A stretch of 64,000 bases of DNA from Squalus acanthias (GCA_030390025.1 CM059438.1:70000001-70064000), one strand, 5' to 3'; positions 50,346 through 63,999 are shown, counted from the stretch's first letter. A program made the numbers and translations. The notes: generated by a model not told the origin, from the sequence alone.

Positions 50346-52069
50346 CAATGAAGTAAGTCAACATTTCACTCATTGTGATAATTGGGATGAATTGAAAGAG
50401 GCCCAAAAATCAAGCTCAGCTAAGCTCATACGCAAAAAGGAGAAGTTGCTGTAGAATATATATCTTATCAGTGTAGATTATTACCCAGGATTGAATTAAA
50501 TTTGTTTCTTTATCACTGAAAACAACATTGAAAAAATCAATGTAATCCCTGAGTGTGACAAAAGTGGTCGAGACTTCAGTCATCAACAATATGCACACCG
50601 ACTTAATTTATGGCTTGCAAAAGGGGTGTACATGGTTTGCAATCACTATCTGCAGGGAAAGGATTTCAATAGGGTTGAGTCCATTTCTCATCCACAAAAG
50701 CACAGGGTGCAAGTCTTTTTATTCTAATCATAATTTGCCTTTTTGAGGCCAGGGTATTGAACTGCGGGAGAGCATTCTTCTACTTCTTTGTTTTCTCATT
50801 CAGGAAGGATAGCTATATGTTTCAATGTGTTCTTAGCAAAGGATAGCAAACATTATCCCCTGATATGCCAACTGCCTCCAGTTAGCTAACAGAATTTTTG
50901 ATCAATGCCTGTGTTAATCCCTATTATTCTTGTAAATGTTCTTAGCTCCTGGCAGTGTGACATTATGTGGCAGCAGGATATGGTCTTTTTCATTGTTGTA
51001 CTTGTAATTAATGTTGCACTAAATTAGTGTCGAACACACATACATTGGAAAGAGATGTATTTGTTTGAATTTGGCTTGTTAGCTCAATAATAATGGTTAA
51101 AATACACCTAATCGGGATCAATAATACTCTTATTTTCCACATAATTCCCAATTAGTATGTCATATGTACTGAGCTTGTTATTCTCCAGTAATCTGCTGAA
51201 AACAAATCTACCAATTGTGCGATATAGTTATTTACCAACCCAAGCATCTTCAAAAGATTTGCGTTCCTATGTCTGTATCATCAGGAACTGTGCACCATGA
51301 GGGGTAACTATGTGAACCAAAGTGTTCCCTATGTGTACAAAACTCACCCAACTTTGTACAAGCTTTATTGTGTAGAAATGACTTTTGGCAGTAATAGTGA
51401 ATGAAAGCTTAATGTGTTTGCATGACATTCCTCTGTTATTTTAACGGAGGCGATAATCCATTTAAAGTAAGTGGGTTTGTGCCCTTGTGGCTATAGCAGA
51501 CCGAGCGATGTTGTATAAATGCATTGAGTGTTCATCCGCTATTATCATCAACAGTCATTTCTTGTATCACTTGTTTCGTCAGATTTTGCAATAAGCAAAT
51601 GTTGCTCATGAAATGGCCTTCATGATTTAGTAATTCTTTGCACTACCAACAGCAACTGGAGCCCAGTGAACCCCTGCACACAGACAAATGTTTCACTGCC
51701 TTCAGCTCCAAATCACCTAGCAGCAGCTGCCAGTAAAAGATGCTGTGATTTTTGCAGTTAGAATGTGTACAATCTGCATTATGTTAAATTAATACCTGTG
51801 TATGAGTTAAAAGCAAAAATTCCTTCGAGCAGTTCAGATGACGCCCATAATCTGCTTCAGCTTTATTCTTGTGGTATTTAATGACATCTGAACCTCTTGA
51901 TTGAATGGCTCAGGCCTGTTTGAATCCGAAATGTTCATTACTCTTGACATCTTTGTCCATCAAACACTGTCTTCAACATGTCTTTAACATGTGCTTTAAT
52001 TAAAAGGAAAAACGGTGTCAGAACACATTGATCAGATGTCTTTAACTTCTGCCTTTCTCCGTTGTTCAG

Positions 52070-52237
52070 GGAGCAGCTTTGTTGTCAGTGAGGGAAGCTT
52101 TCTGGATGTTTCGGACTGGTTAAATCCGGCAAAGTTATCACTGTTTTACCAAATCAATTCCACATCTCCATGGACAAGAGACCTTTGTGGGCAGAGAACA
52201 TTGGAGCCGTGTGAGCATCTCTGCGATGAAGAAACGG
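52070..52237 (+). CDS. ASTN2: Astrotactin-2 internal coding exon (168 nt, phase 1-1; start of first EGF-like module)
   Basis: Acceptor ttctgcctttctccgttgttcag, donor G|gtaagt; encodes (G)[55 protein letters not shown](G). NPAKLSL.YQIN and RDLCGQR match recalled ASTN2 rather than ASTN1. Confidence 0.95.
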
Positions 52238-53034
52238 GTAAGTCATGAGTGCTGTAGCTTTCAGCCTCTGGGACTGTTACACGTGGGATTTACCCAATTT
52301 GGTGCTTATTTATTTATTTACAATTTTTGGAGCTGATTTTAGCCATTTTTTCGGTTGCAATAAATATGTTTTTTTTTTGGTGCTTCTTGTTTTCTCTTTT
52401 GTTAAAATAATATTTAATTGGGTGGCAAGAAAAGCACTGTAGAACCTTATTATTTTATTCCTGATCAGGTAGTTTCAATTGCTATTTGGCTGACAGAATG
52501 AATGCCTCCTCTGTACACTTGTTGAGATAAGCAAAACAAGGTTTTGAAAAGCATTGTTATCACAGGTACAACATGAAAAATGTAGCTACATCAAGCAAAT
52601 GTGGAGCTGGATTTATTTACTTGTTTCCCTTATTAATGTTATCAAAATAAATACCAACTTCATCCTTCTTCATTTGGTGGGAGTGGGAGAACAGATGGTG
52701 GTTTAAGCTTAAAACAAAAACTTTAATTAAGGCTGCCACATGGCATGTGGTTTTCACTGAGAATCAACACAAAATCATATAATAACTCAGGAGTCAGAAC
52801 AATCTTTGGGGCCAAAAAGTGAAACCACCTCTCTAGTTTTGTTCTGAGCATTGTATAATTCTTGTCTGGTGTGAAAGTCGCTTTTAAAAAGTGGACAGGT
52901 GGTCCATTGGACAAGCTTGGATGTTATATAAACTTACTGAAGATTCTGTTTAATGATAAAGGTGAGGATGCTCCCATCTCTTGGTAAAAAATTACCAACT
53001 CTTGAACTGAGTTCAGTGCACAAATCTAAGTATC

Positions 53035-53312
53035 TAAGGGGTCGCCCATTTAAGACAGAGAGGAGGAGAATTTTTTTCTCACAGAGGGTCGTGAGTCTTT
53101 GGAACTCTCTTCCTCAGGGGGCGGTAGAAGCAGAGTCTTTGAATATTTTTAAGGCAGAGGTCGATAGATTCTTGATAAGCAAGGGGGTGAAAGGTTATCG
53201 GGGGTAGGCGGGAATGTGGAGTAATCAGATCAGCCATGATTTTATTGAATGACAGAGCAGGCTCGAGGGGCCGAGTGGCCTACTCCTGCTCCTAATTTGC
53301 ATGGTCGTATGT
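53035..53312 (+). mobile_element. CR1 3' tip, same young subfamily as 16235-16510
   Basis: Near-identical by eye to 16235-16510. Confidence 0.9.
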
Positions 53313-53436
53313 ACATGGGACAGCTCAGTGCAAGTTATAGCAACTTGGAATCATCAGTGTAATTCTGGGGTGCAAGGGTGCATCTCAATCTAACTGCTAA
53401 CTTGGTTCAGTTTATAGCACTCTTCTGAGTTGGAAG

Positions 53437-53950
53437 GCCTCCAATGTTCTATCCTCCATAAAATTGAGGTCATCCAAAACTCTGCTGTCCGTGTCCTAAC
53501 TGACATCAAGTCCCGTTTACCCATCACCGCTGTGTTTGCTGACCTACTTTCGCTCCCGGTTAAGCAACGCCTTGATTTTAAAATTCTCATCCTTGTTTTC
53601 AAATTCGTCCACGGCCTTGCTCCTCCCTATCTCTGTAATGTCCTCCAGCCCCACAATCCTCTGAGATATCTGTGCTCCTCCAATTCTGGCCACCTGAGCA
53701 TTGCCGATTTTAATCGCTCCACCATTGGTGGCCGTGCCTTCTGTAGCTTAAGCCCTAAGCTCTGGAATTCCGTCCCTAAACCTCTCCACCTCTCTTTCCT
53801 CCTTTAAGACGCTCCTTAAAACCTACCTCTTTGACCAAGCTTTTGGTCTTCTGCCTTAATATCTCCTTATGTGGCTCGGTGTCAAATTCTGTTTGATAAC
53901 GCTCCTGTGAAGCGCTTTGGGATATTTTACTATGTTAAAGGCGCTATAGG
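53437..53950 (+). mobile_element. L2 LINE 3' end
   Basis: IQNSAVRVLT..PITAVFADL..LPVKQRLDFKIL..HGLAPPYL..GGRAF..PKLWNS; tail aagcgctttggg...aaggcgctata. Confidence 0.88.
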
Positions 53951-54317
53951 TTGTTGGTACAAAGTGCATTACAGATTTGAGTATGAAATCTAAGTTGACA
54001 TTTCAGTGTCATATTGAGGGAGTGCTGCATTGTGAGAAGTACAGTACCCTTTTTTGGTTACAATGTTTAAAATAAGGCCCAGTCAGCCTGCTTCAGTGGG
54101 CAGAAAATGTGTAAGGCACTATTTGAAGGAGAGCAAGGAGATTTCTTGGGGACCTGTCCAACATCCTTCCCTCAATCATCACCACCAACAAACATTATCT
54201 GGTCACTCATTCATTTGCCGTTCGTGGGACCTTGTGTGAAAATTGCCTGCTGCATTAGCTTACGTAACAGCAGTAACTGCACTTAAAAAGTAATCCATTT
54301 GTTGTGTAGTACTTTGG

Positions 54318-54785
54318 TGTCAGCCTTGGCTCAGTTGGTAGATTTCTTGCCTCGCAGTCACAAGGTTGTGGGTTCAAGCCCCACTCCAGAGACTTGAACA
54401 CATAATCCAGGCTGACACTCCAGTGCAGTACTGAGGGAGTGCTGCACTGTCAGAGGTGCCGTATTTCAGATGAAACGTTAAAGCGAGGCCCCGTCTGTTC
54501 TCTCAGGTGGACGTAAAAGATCCCATGGCGCTATTCGAAGAAGAGCAGGAGTGTTCTCCTTGGTGCTCTAGCCAATATTTATCCCTCAACCAAAATCACA
54601 AAAATAGATTATCTGGTAATTACCTCGTTACTATTTGTGGGACCTTATGTGCAAATTGGCTGCCACGTTTCCTACATTACAACAGTGACTAGCACTTCAA
54701 AAGTAATTCTTTGGCTGTAAAAGTACAATTGGGACATCCTGAGGTCATGAAAGGTGCTATATAAATGCAAGTTATTTTCTTTTTT
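54318..54785 (+). mobile_element. Full-length Deu-domain SINE (older degenerate copy directly upstream, ~53985-54317)
   Basis: A/B boxes, Deu domain and L2-like tail; collinear with 11837-12296. Confidence 0.87.
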
Positions 54786-54799
54786 TCTGTTACAAAGTG

Positions 54800-56265
54800 T
54801 TTTGGGGGGGATTGGAAGACAGGCGCGAAGTTCTGCTTTTTTCCCAGGTTGCTAGCATTAATGCCTGGGAGAGCAACCCTCAGTTCCGGGAGATGCTCAG
54901 ACATCCAGGGAGGCTAGGCAACCCTAAGGGAGAACAAAAAAACACTACTTTGTTTGCTGCCGTTTACATGATGTTCAGGCAAGGGAGCTTCAATGAGCAA
55001 AATGGCAGGCCCGCGAATGGGCCCGAGCTCTTAGTGACGCTGCCCGTAAGGATCTCAAAGTCCCTCACCTGAGAATCAGTAGACTTCAGCGCATGAACCG
55101 AGAAAATGAAGAGAGGAATAAGAGTTAGCATGATAGTGAAGTTTCGGCATTTGCAGATGAATGGCAGCACACTGCAGCACCAGGTGGCCATGCTTCAGTG
55201 AAGATGAAAGGTACCAGAAGTAGGAGAGCACCCTGATGTAGGTGGCCTCCAGCCTCACCAGCCCAATATTCCTCCTGCTGCCTGCACTAAGGATCTGCAG
55301 AGCTTCCTCCTCCATCTGGGTGAGAGCTTGAATGGAGACTGGCCCACCCTGGTTCTGGTCTCCCCGAGCTCTTGTGTGCCATCTATTCTTGCAGAAAGAG
55401 TGGGAGCGAATTATCGAGTGGTTCTGGTAAAGGGTTGTGCAGATGTGTGAGGCAGCTTCGTGCATACTGAGAAGGGGAAGCGGCAATTTGTGAGCAGGAT
55501 GGGGGAGGTGGTAAAGGTCAAGAAAGTGGCTCCAGCATGAAAGCAGTTAGCGGAAGAGTGGCATTCGTTCCAGCTGCTACGAGGTAAAAGCAAAGTGCTG
55601 CTTGTGCCTGTCGCGAGAGCATCCGCAGTAGATGAGTGTGTGATTCAAATGAGAAGGAGGGTGGATGCTGTGTTGCCTCATGATTGGAGGAAAAGCAGGT
55701 GGAGTGGGAGAGCAAAGTGTTTGGAGTACTGGGCGGCGGGGTGGGGAGGCAGAGTGGTGCGGGGGATGGGGGTGAATCAAATTCCGTGGGAAATCTAATG
55801 TTGAGAAATAGAGATAGCAGCACATCATTCTCGCCCCTGATGCCTGGGTATGGTTGTTGAACCTCTTGCAGCACTGCGCCCATGTCCTGGCAACGAAGCT
55901 GCTGGCAATTACATTCTCTTCCACCTCCTTCCAGGCCCTCAGGTGGGTCTGCCTGGGCACCCTCCTGCCAACACAGGAAGAGGGTCTGTCTGCTCCACCG
56001 CTGCATGACTAAGCCTCAGAGCTCCCGATTGAGACATGTCTCACTTCCGATTGCCAAATCCCGATAAGAATTTCCAGAGAGAAAAAGTACTCATGCTCTA
56101 CGAGGTGAAAGCACACTGAAGACACGTAGGCAGCTCACCAATGAGATTCAAATGAGGCCTGATCACCAAATGGTTCAGGCCTCTCACCAATGATATTGTG
56201 TGGGTGAGGCAGTCGATCTGCCCACCAGCCACCTGAAAAGCATCCAAAGTGAAACTCATCCCTAT
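54800..56265 (-). mobile_element. Harbinger relic with a two-exon Myb/SANT pseudogene
   Basis: Exon 1 (~56037-55835): AWKEVEENV..ARTWAQCCKRFNN. Exon 2 (~55390-55260): GGPVSIQALTQMEEEALQIL. Ends uncertain. Confidence 0.7.
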
Positions 56266-57865
56266 ATTTTATATTCATCGTAGTCTTGTTTATCAGCTGA
56301 TTCACAAAATCTGTTAAAATGCCAAATTAAAATGAAGTAATCAAATTTAGTCAGCTCCAAGGGCATCTTCAATTAATGGTAAATTGGATTCTGAAGGCCA
56401 AGGCAGTTTTTAATTTCTGGTATCTTGCATTGCCTCACTATACCTCATCATATTGGGTCAGTAAGTTGTGATGGCCTTTTCCAAAGAAAATGCCAGCCCT
56501 GTTTGGATGTCTAACATCCGTCTGCTGGATTGTAAGGAAAGGATTTGAAAGAAAAAATTTCATATTTTGCTCTTTGATCAGCTGATACATTTGTTTGACA
56601 TTTCCACAGCTGTTTGCATTGACAAGTCTGTGAATGGCACTGTTGATGAATGTTGAGAGGGTTCGGGAGCAGGTTTAATGGGAACATTCCCTTTTACAAG
56701 GGGTTATTTTCTCAGGTAATGTACTTAAATCAATAAAAAATGAGTTTTTCTTAATAAGTGAAACCTTATAAATGGGCCAATTTCATTTCCATGGGGTATC
56801 TCAATTATTAGGTTTCCACTCCACCAATGTCTCTCCAAATTGCAGAGCAGTGTCTGCAGGGCAAGAGTAGAGCTATTTACATGAAATCAATGACACTTTA
56901 TCAATGAATATTGGATTCGTTCCCCTCAACCACCATATTTCTCGACCGTAAAGCTTAAGTTTCTTTAATCACCGATCTTTTCTGTGTATCCTTTTTTTTT
57001 TCAGTTTGATGGGGTGAAATCTGCCAACATGCTGCACCATTTTCGCAAAAGATCCAGATCATCCTGAATCTGGTTGCATTGTTCCTGTATATAAATAACA
57101 GGGGCCTCAAAGTTAACTCTTGGAAAAGCACACTCATAATCCGTTGCCAAATTGAAATGTTTCCATTTATGAGTACCCACTTTCCTGTTTATTGCCAGTT
57201 TTCTCATTTACCTCAATCCCATGACTCTTCACCTGAGATATTAAACTGTAGTATGTTGCAAATCCTTCCAAAATCTAAATATATAGGGGCCAAACTTCCT
57301 GTGGTTGAACTGTTCCGTTAACAGTGCGACAGGGTGCGACTTCTACTTGCCCCTTGTTTGTGGCCCTGACCCGTTGCTCAGATTTGGGGCATTTACGTAT
57401 TTCAGGTGGACATCGGCGCGATTTACAACACTGCTGTAGAAATCCCTGCAACATTGCAAGTGATAGGACACTTAAAAAAAAGTTGTCCTGTTTCCCGTTG
57501 CGATGCTGGTTTCCATAATACAGAGACTTGCTCTGTATCGATTGCATTGTCAAAATATGCCTTTTAAAATTTTGCAACATTGGATGCCAGGGTCACACAG
57601 GTGTGGCTAGGATGCAAAATAATGGGAAATCAGTTGTATGATGTTGTTCCCTTCTTTGCATATTGTTACAATACACTTGCACTTATGTGGGTGGGCATAT
57701 CATGTGACAGAATTTTTGACATGCAGAAAAAGGGATGGGCACCTGACATAACAAGATGCTGCCCCAAATTCTGCCTCTACCTACTCAAAGAATGGCGTTG
57801 ATGTGCCACCAGGTCTCAGGAATTTTGGGGCTATAAGATCCACTAGATTTCTGTTGTCCAATAAT

Positions 57866-58584
57866 GGGCCATATATTCCGATCCCTACCCGTAGGGACAT
57901 CGGAAAATCCGGTTTCAGGCAGGCCAAACGCATGCGCTGAAAACCGGCATTTCCGATCTGTCAAGAATGCTCTTGACAGATCGAACGCCTGTCCTAGAGA
58001 AGGGCCTCTGCGGGTGGAGAGTTCCGCTTTCTGGAGAACCTCCGCCCGCAGAAAACCCTTAGAAATCTTACGCCTGGCAAAAGCAGGCGTAAGGCCTGCT
58101 TTTACCAGCATAAGAGTTGAAAAAATGTTTTCACTCATTTATCATTTAAAAATACTTTAAAAAAAAGTAAGTTTATTTTCAGCCCCGTAAAAAAATTTAA
58201 TTATTTTTTTCAAAAAATTAAATTTTTGTTTAAAATATTTAATTTATTGTAATTTCAACTAATTTCAAAAATGTGATTTAAAAAAATATATATTTAATGT
58301 TTTATAGTGCCTTTGGGGTGATCTCCATTCATATATTTGACAGGTCTATCTGTCAAGTGTATGAAGGGAGATTCCCTTCTTTGATTGGCTCCCCATTGCC
58401 CACGTGATCCCAAGAACGCTTGCGAACCGCATGCGCCCCTGGGATACGTGGGCCCTGCGCATTTCGAGTTGGAGAGGCCCAGGAGCGGAAGTGTCCGGAC
58501 CTCGGGAGCCCTCGGGTATGTCCGTAGATATTTTCCAGATCGGAGGCCTCCGCACGGGAAGCCTCCGATTGGAAAATACGGGCC
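57866..58584 (-). mobile_element. MITE family A copy 4
   Basis: Ends gggccatatattccga / ttggaaaatacgggcc; TSD aat. Confidence 0.9.
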
Positions 58585-61161
58585 AATATCTTCAAAAAAC
58601 TCCAGCAAGCTCGTTGAGCATTATCTCCGTTTCCTGAATCCACGTTAACTGTTCTTCAGCAAGCTGCCGAATCTTAGATTTTCCCCACTTCATCCTTAAA
58701 TCATTTCAAATATATATTTTATAACTAAGGTGAAACTAATTGGTCGGTTGTATCTCAAAATATCTCCCTTTTTAAATAAACATTGCCGCTCTCATCCTTG
58801 GGGATCTCTCCTGAATCTCTCACATCTGTCCAATTATATTACTAATCTAAATCCTTTCAAAAATCTTTTACTGCAGTCTCAATCCCTGCCTGCCCCAGTA
58901 AATTTAATGAGCTTACCGTTTGTTTTGTCTGGTTACCTTTTAAATATGTCCGTTAAAGGTTTACTAATTACTGCCCTCACTACCACTAAAACCCTTGGCA
59001 TGACCACAAATACACTGTGGGATAAAATAATGTGTGCACTGCTGAGGTCAGGAGGTATATAGCAGGCCAGGGCTGGATAGTGGAGATCTGGGGCTCCATA
59101 AATATTTTAGACTGTTGCATCGTTATCTTTATAAATAAGAGTATATTTATGCAGAGTGTTCCTCCAGGTGATTAGGTGGTTTACAGTATTTATAAGGTAG
59201 ATTAGGTATAGTCTGTGGAAGAAGCAAGGTTCTGGGGCAGATTACACTTGTTTTGTGCTATCTTGTGGTCTTATTTAATGAGCAGATTCTCTTACATTAA
59301 TGAACAAGTAGCAAATAAGCCAGCCTCTGACAAGGTATTATTTAATTCATCTGTCAACATTACCTTAATCAATTCACCGGACTTCATGAAAGTAGGCTCA
59401 GTGAACAAGGAGTTGTACTTTATCAAAGATTTAGCAGATGTAGGCACAAGGGGGGAGGATTTATTCTACTCTGCGTAATGAAGTCATAAATCCATTTATA
59501 GAGAGCAGATTTACGATTTCATTACATGTATCACACAGAAGAAATCTTCCCTTAAGATTAGTTCTTGTCTGGGTGAAAACATGTGCTTTTATTGCCATTA
59601 GATTTTGCAGATTTAGAAATCTGATTTCCTGTTGCTGTTTGTCTGTGTCTCACAGCTTCAGCTCTGAATGCAACAGTGAAAAATTCTAAGGTGAAGTTTG
59701 ACTCGTTGTTTAGTTATTTCTATGCGCTGGTTCTCAGACAAGTAGAACCCTCCCTTATGTCTATCTGTAATCTTCAGGCCTGGTGATTAATCACTTGGTC
59801 CCCAAACATCAAGTCCAATAACTTCAGCACACCTGGTTCTAAGGAACCTTCTTCCTCAGTCCTAACATAACATAAATACCACTTTAATTATCCCTGGTAT
59901 GTGCTGAGTTAACTGATCCCATGCAAAAGGTGGTGGTTATGAGTCTGCAAGCAGTCTCTCTTTCTTCACCATAGCAATCAGCTAGTTCCTGCTCCTGATC
60001 ACTATCCAGTGGCCCCCTGTTTGCACCTGTGGGGATGTCAGGTGAAGACAGGATCGAGCTTGGTTGCAACGCCTTTCACAGGCAAATAATGTCAAGGTCT
60101 GGGCTCTCACCTGGCACACAAGCCAGTGCCATCAAGAGTGATGTGAGAAAAGAGAACACTGGAAAAAGAAACTTCTGTAACAAATTATCAGCCTGTTCTT
60201 GGGGTGAACAATTTGCGCACAAGATACGATCTGGTTTCCCATCTCACACACCGGCTCTGTGTCTCTTCATATATTTCCACTTTACCTGTATTTTTAGCTG
60301 ATGGATGATGAATGACTTGGATGTTTTCCCCCCCACCCCCCAAACTGTTTGATTTCTGCCTGCAGTATGAAACGTACTACAGAGAAGATTGGAGTCTGCC
60401 AGAGCAGATGCCAAACCTCCCCTTATTGAATGAGTGCATACTTCATACAATCCACACAACAAAAGTTAAAGCACACGCACTTCATTATTTGAAAGAATGA
60501 TATTGCGTGATAGTGCATGCATGAAGGATGGTAACTGGTTTTAATTGATGAGAGTAAGAGAGTAATAACTCAAGGTGACTGTAAGCATGAGTGAGTGGTT
60601 TCCCTTTTATTTGCGTGAATTAAGACTGGGATTCATTCATCACTGCTGCAATCTTCTATTTATCTTCTTTTATTGAGAAGAAAATTCGGAGTCATATTTA
60701 ACTTTCCAATACATTTTAATGATGCTATTTGTTTTCCGACTGTCGTGATGTGTGATTGAATTCTGTGTGCAGTACGATTTGAATGAGGAATTGTATATGT
60801 ATTACGATGTGTGGCTCTATAAAATAAAGTGGTACTGTTTGCAGGGGCCATGGAATACTAGCTGCATTTTCTCTTTTTACTAACTTTTCTTGTGTATTTT
60901 TTTCCTTTTCTTACTATTTTTCCCCTTTGCCTCCGTTGTCTTTGCCTTTTAGTTTCAGCTTAACTTCTGTGAGTCATGGTATTTATTCAGTCTGAAGAAT
61001 ACAAGTCAGCCACTCTTTCCCTGCAGGATTATTTAGCAACAGCAACATTGAGCTCTTTAACAATAGAGTACAAGCATAATGCATGAACTACAAATCATCA
61101 CATCGTAGGTATAGAACAACATGGTAACTACCAGTTAGAAATTGTATGACATAGGTTTACA

Positions 61162-61980
61162 TTGGGCCGAATGGCCTGTTTCTGTGCTGTATATCCAATC
61201 AGTCCATGCCGGCATTTATGCTCCACTCGAGCCTCCTCCCGTCTTTCCTCATCTAATTCTATCAGCATAATCTTCTATTCCCTTCTCCCTCATATGCTTA
61301 TCTAGCCTCCCCTTAAATGCATCTATACTATTCACTTCAACTACTCCCTGTGGTAGCGAGTTCCACATTCTCACCACTCTGGGTAAAGAAGTTCCTTCTG
61401 AATTCCCTGTTGGATTTCTTGGTGACTGTCCTGTATTGATGGCCTTTAGTTTTGCTCTTCCCCACAAGTGGAAACACTCTCTCTCTCTCTCTCTACTCTA
61501 TCAAAACCTTTCATAATTTTAAAGACCTCTATTACGTCATCCCTCAGCCTTCTCTTTTCAAGAGAAAAGACACCCAGCCTGTTCATCCTTTCCTGATAGG
61601 TATACCCTCGCGTTTCTGGTATCATCCTTGTAAATCTTTTATGCACCCTCTCCAGTTTCTCTATATCCTTTTTATAATATGGCGACCAGAACTGTACGCA
61701 GTACTCCAAGTGTGGTCTAACCAAGTTTTGATACAAGTTTAGCATAACTTCTCTACTTTTCAATTCTATCCATCTAGAAATAAACCCTAGTGCTTGGCTT
61801 GCTTTTTTTATTGCCTTGTTAACCTGTGTCGCTTCTTTTAGTGATTTGTGTATTTATACTCCGAGATCCCTTTGCTCTTCTACCCCACTTAGATTTGTAT
61901 TTCCCAAGTAATAAGTGACCTCCCTATTTTTCTTACCAAAATGTAATACCTCACATTTATCTGTGTTGAATTTCATTTGT
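61162..61980 (-). mobile_element. CR1 3' fragment
   Basis: [22 protein letters not shown]; tail as at 27150-27240. Confidence 0.9.
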
Positions 61981-62388
61981 ATAAATCAGAGCACCGCTGT
62001 AAACATATTTTTAAATCACGCTTTTAAAATAAGCAAATAAAAATGCTTCTGTGACTTCTCATTGAAGCTGGCATTCTTCCTGTGTGAATATATGGGATGC
62101 CAAAAGATAATCACTACAGTCCTGATGTTCAATCCTTGCATGGATTGTCTTTTGGCTGCCATGGCAGTTTAACGAATGTAAAATCTAAATCTGTTACTCT
62201 GGGACTGAAAACTACATGTGGATAAAATATATTTCAAGAATCCAATATTTGTACCATAGGTGAACTTGACCAACTATATTGCTCATTGATTAGCTCTACG
62301 GCTGTGGGGGAAGAGCTCCCATGTTTCCTATTTGTAATAAAATTGTAAATCCTTTTACATCTATCTATATATGAATCTCTCTAAATAT

Positions 62389-63890
62389 CATAGAATCGTA
62401 GAAATTTACAGCACAGAGGGAGGCCATTCGGCCCATCTTGTCCGTGCCGGCCGACAAAGAGTTATCCAGCCTAATCCCACTTTCCAGCCCTTGGTCCGTA
62501 TCCTTGTAGGTTACGGCACTTCAAGTGCATAACCAAGTACTTTTTAAATGTGATGAGAGTTTCTGCCTCTACCACCCTTTCAGGCAGCGAGTTCCAGACC
62601 CCCACCACCCTCTGGGTGAAAAAATTTCTCCTCAAATCCCCTCTAAACCTCCTACCAATTACTTTAAATCTAAACCCCTGGTTATCGACCCCTCTGCTAA
62701 GGGAAATAGGTCCTTCCTATCCACTCTATCTAGGCCCCTCATAATTTTATACTCCTCAATTAGGTCTCCCCTCAGCCTCCTCTGTTCCAAAGAAAACAAC
62801 CCCAGCCTATCCAATTTTTCCTCATAGCTAAAATTCCGCAGCCCAGGCAACATCCTCGTAAATCTCCTCTGCACCCTCTCTAGTGCAATCACATCCTTCC
62901 TGTAACGTGGTGACCAGAACTATACGCAGTATTCTAGCTGCGGCCTAACTAGTGTTTTATACAGTTCAAACATAACCTCCCTGCTCTTATATTATATGCC
63001 TCGGCTAATAAAGGCAAGTATCCCGTATGCCTTCTTAACCACCTTATCTACCTGTCCTGCTACCTTCAGGGATCTGTGGACATGCACTCTAAGGTCCCTC
63101 TGATCCTCTGCACTTCTCAGTGTCCTACCATTTATTGTGTTATTCCCTTGCCTTGTTAGCCCTCCTTCTCCTGATTGAATTCCATTTGCCACTGTTTTGC
63201 CCCCTGACCAGTCCATTGATATCTTCCTGCAGTCTACAGCTTACTTTCTTCATTATCAACCACATAGCCAATTTTTGTATAATCTGCAAACTTCTTAATC
63301 ATACTTCCTACATTCAAGTCCAAATCATTGATATATACCACAAAAAGCAAAGGACTCAGTATTGAGCCCTGCGGAACCCCACTGGAAACAGCCTTCCAGT
63401 CACAAAAGCACCCTTCGGCCATTACCTTTTGTTTCCTGCCTCTGAGCCAATTTCGGATCCAACTTGCCACTTTGCCTCGGATCCCATGGGCTTTTACTTT
63501 CGTGACCAGTCTGGCATGCGGGACCTTATCAAAAGCCTTGCTAAAATCCACATAGACTACATCAAATGCACTACCCTCATCGACCCTCCTTTTTACCTCC
63601 TCAAAAAATTCAATCAATTTAGTCAGACACGACCTCCCCTTAACAACTCTATGCTGACTGTTCCTGATTAATCCGTGTCTTTCTAAGTGAAGATTTATCC
63701 TCTTCCTCAGAATTTATTCCAGTAATTTTCCCACCACCGAGGTTAGGCTGACTGGCCTGTAATTACTCAGTCTATCCCTTTCTCCGTTTTTAAACAACGA
63801 TACCATTAGCAGCCCTCCTGTCCTCTGGCACCACACCTGTAGCCAGAGAGGATTGGAAAATGATGGTCAGAGCCTCTGCTATTTCCTCTC
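62389..63890 (-). mobile_element. 5'-truncated CR1
   Basis: VDFSKAFDKVPH, GVPQGSILSP, RGDLIEEYKI; tail acagcacagagggaggccattcggccc. Confidence 0.92.
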
Positions 63891-63892
63891 TG

Positions 63893-63963
63893 TATGTATT
63901 ATATATTTATATTATATACATTTATATCACACACACATAATATATATATAAAATGAGAGAAAG

Positions 63964-63999
<36 letters not shown>

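Noticed and set aside
57286..57780. Possible additional MITE
   Set aside because: Termini too degenerate to pair, and no TSD identified.
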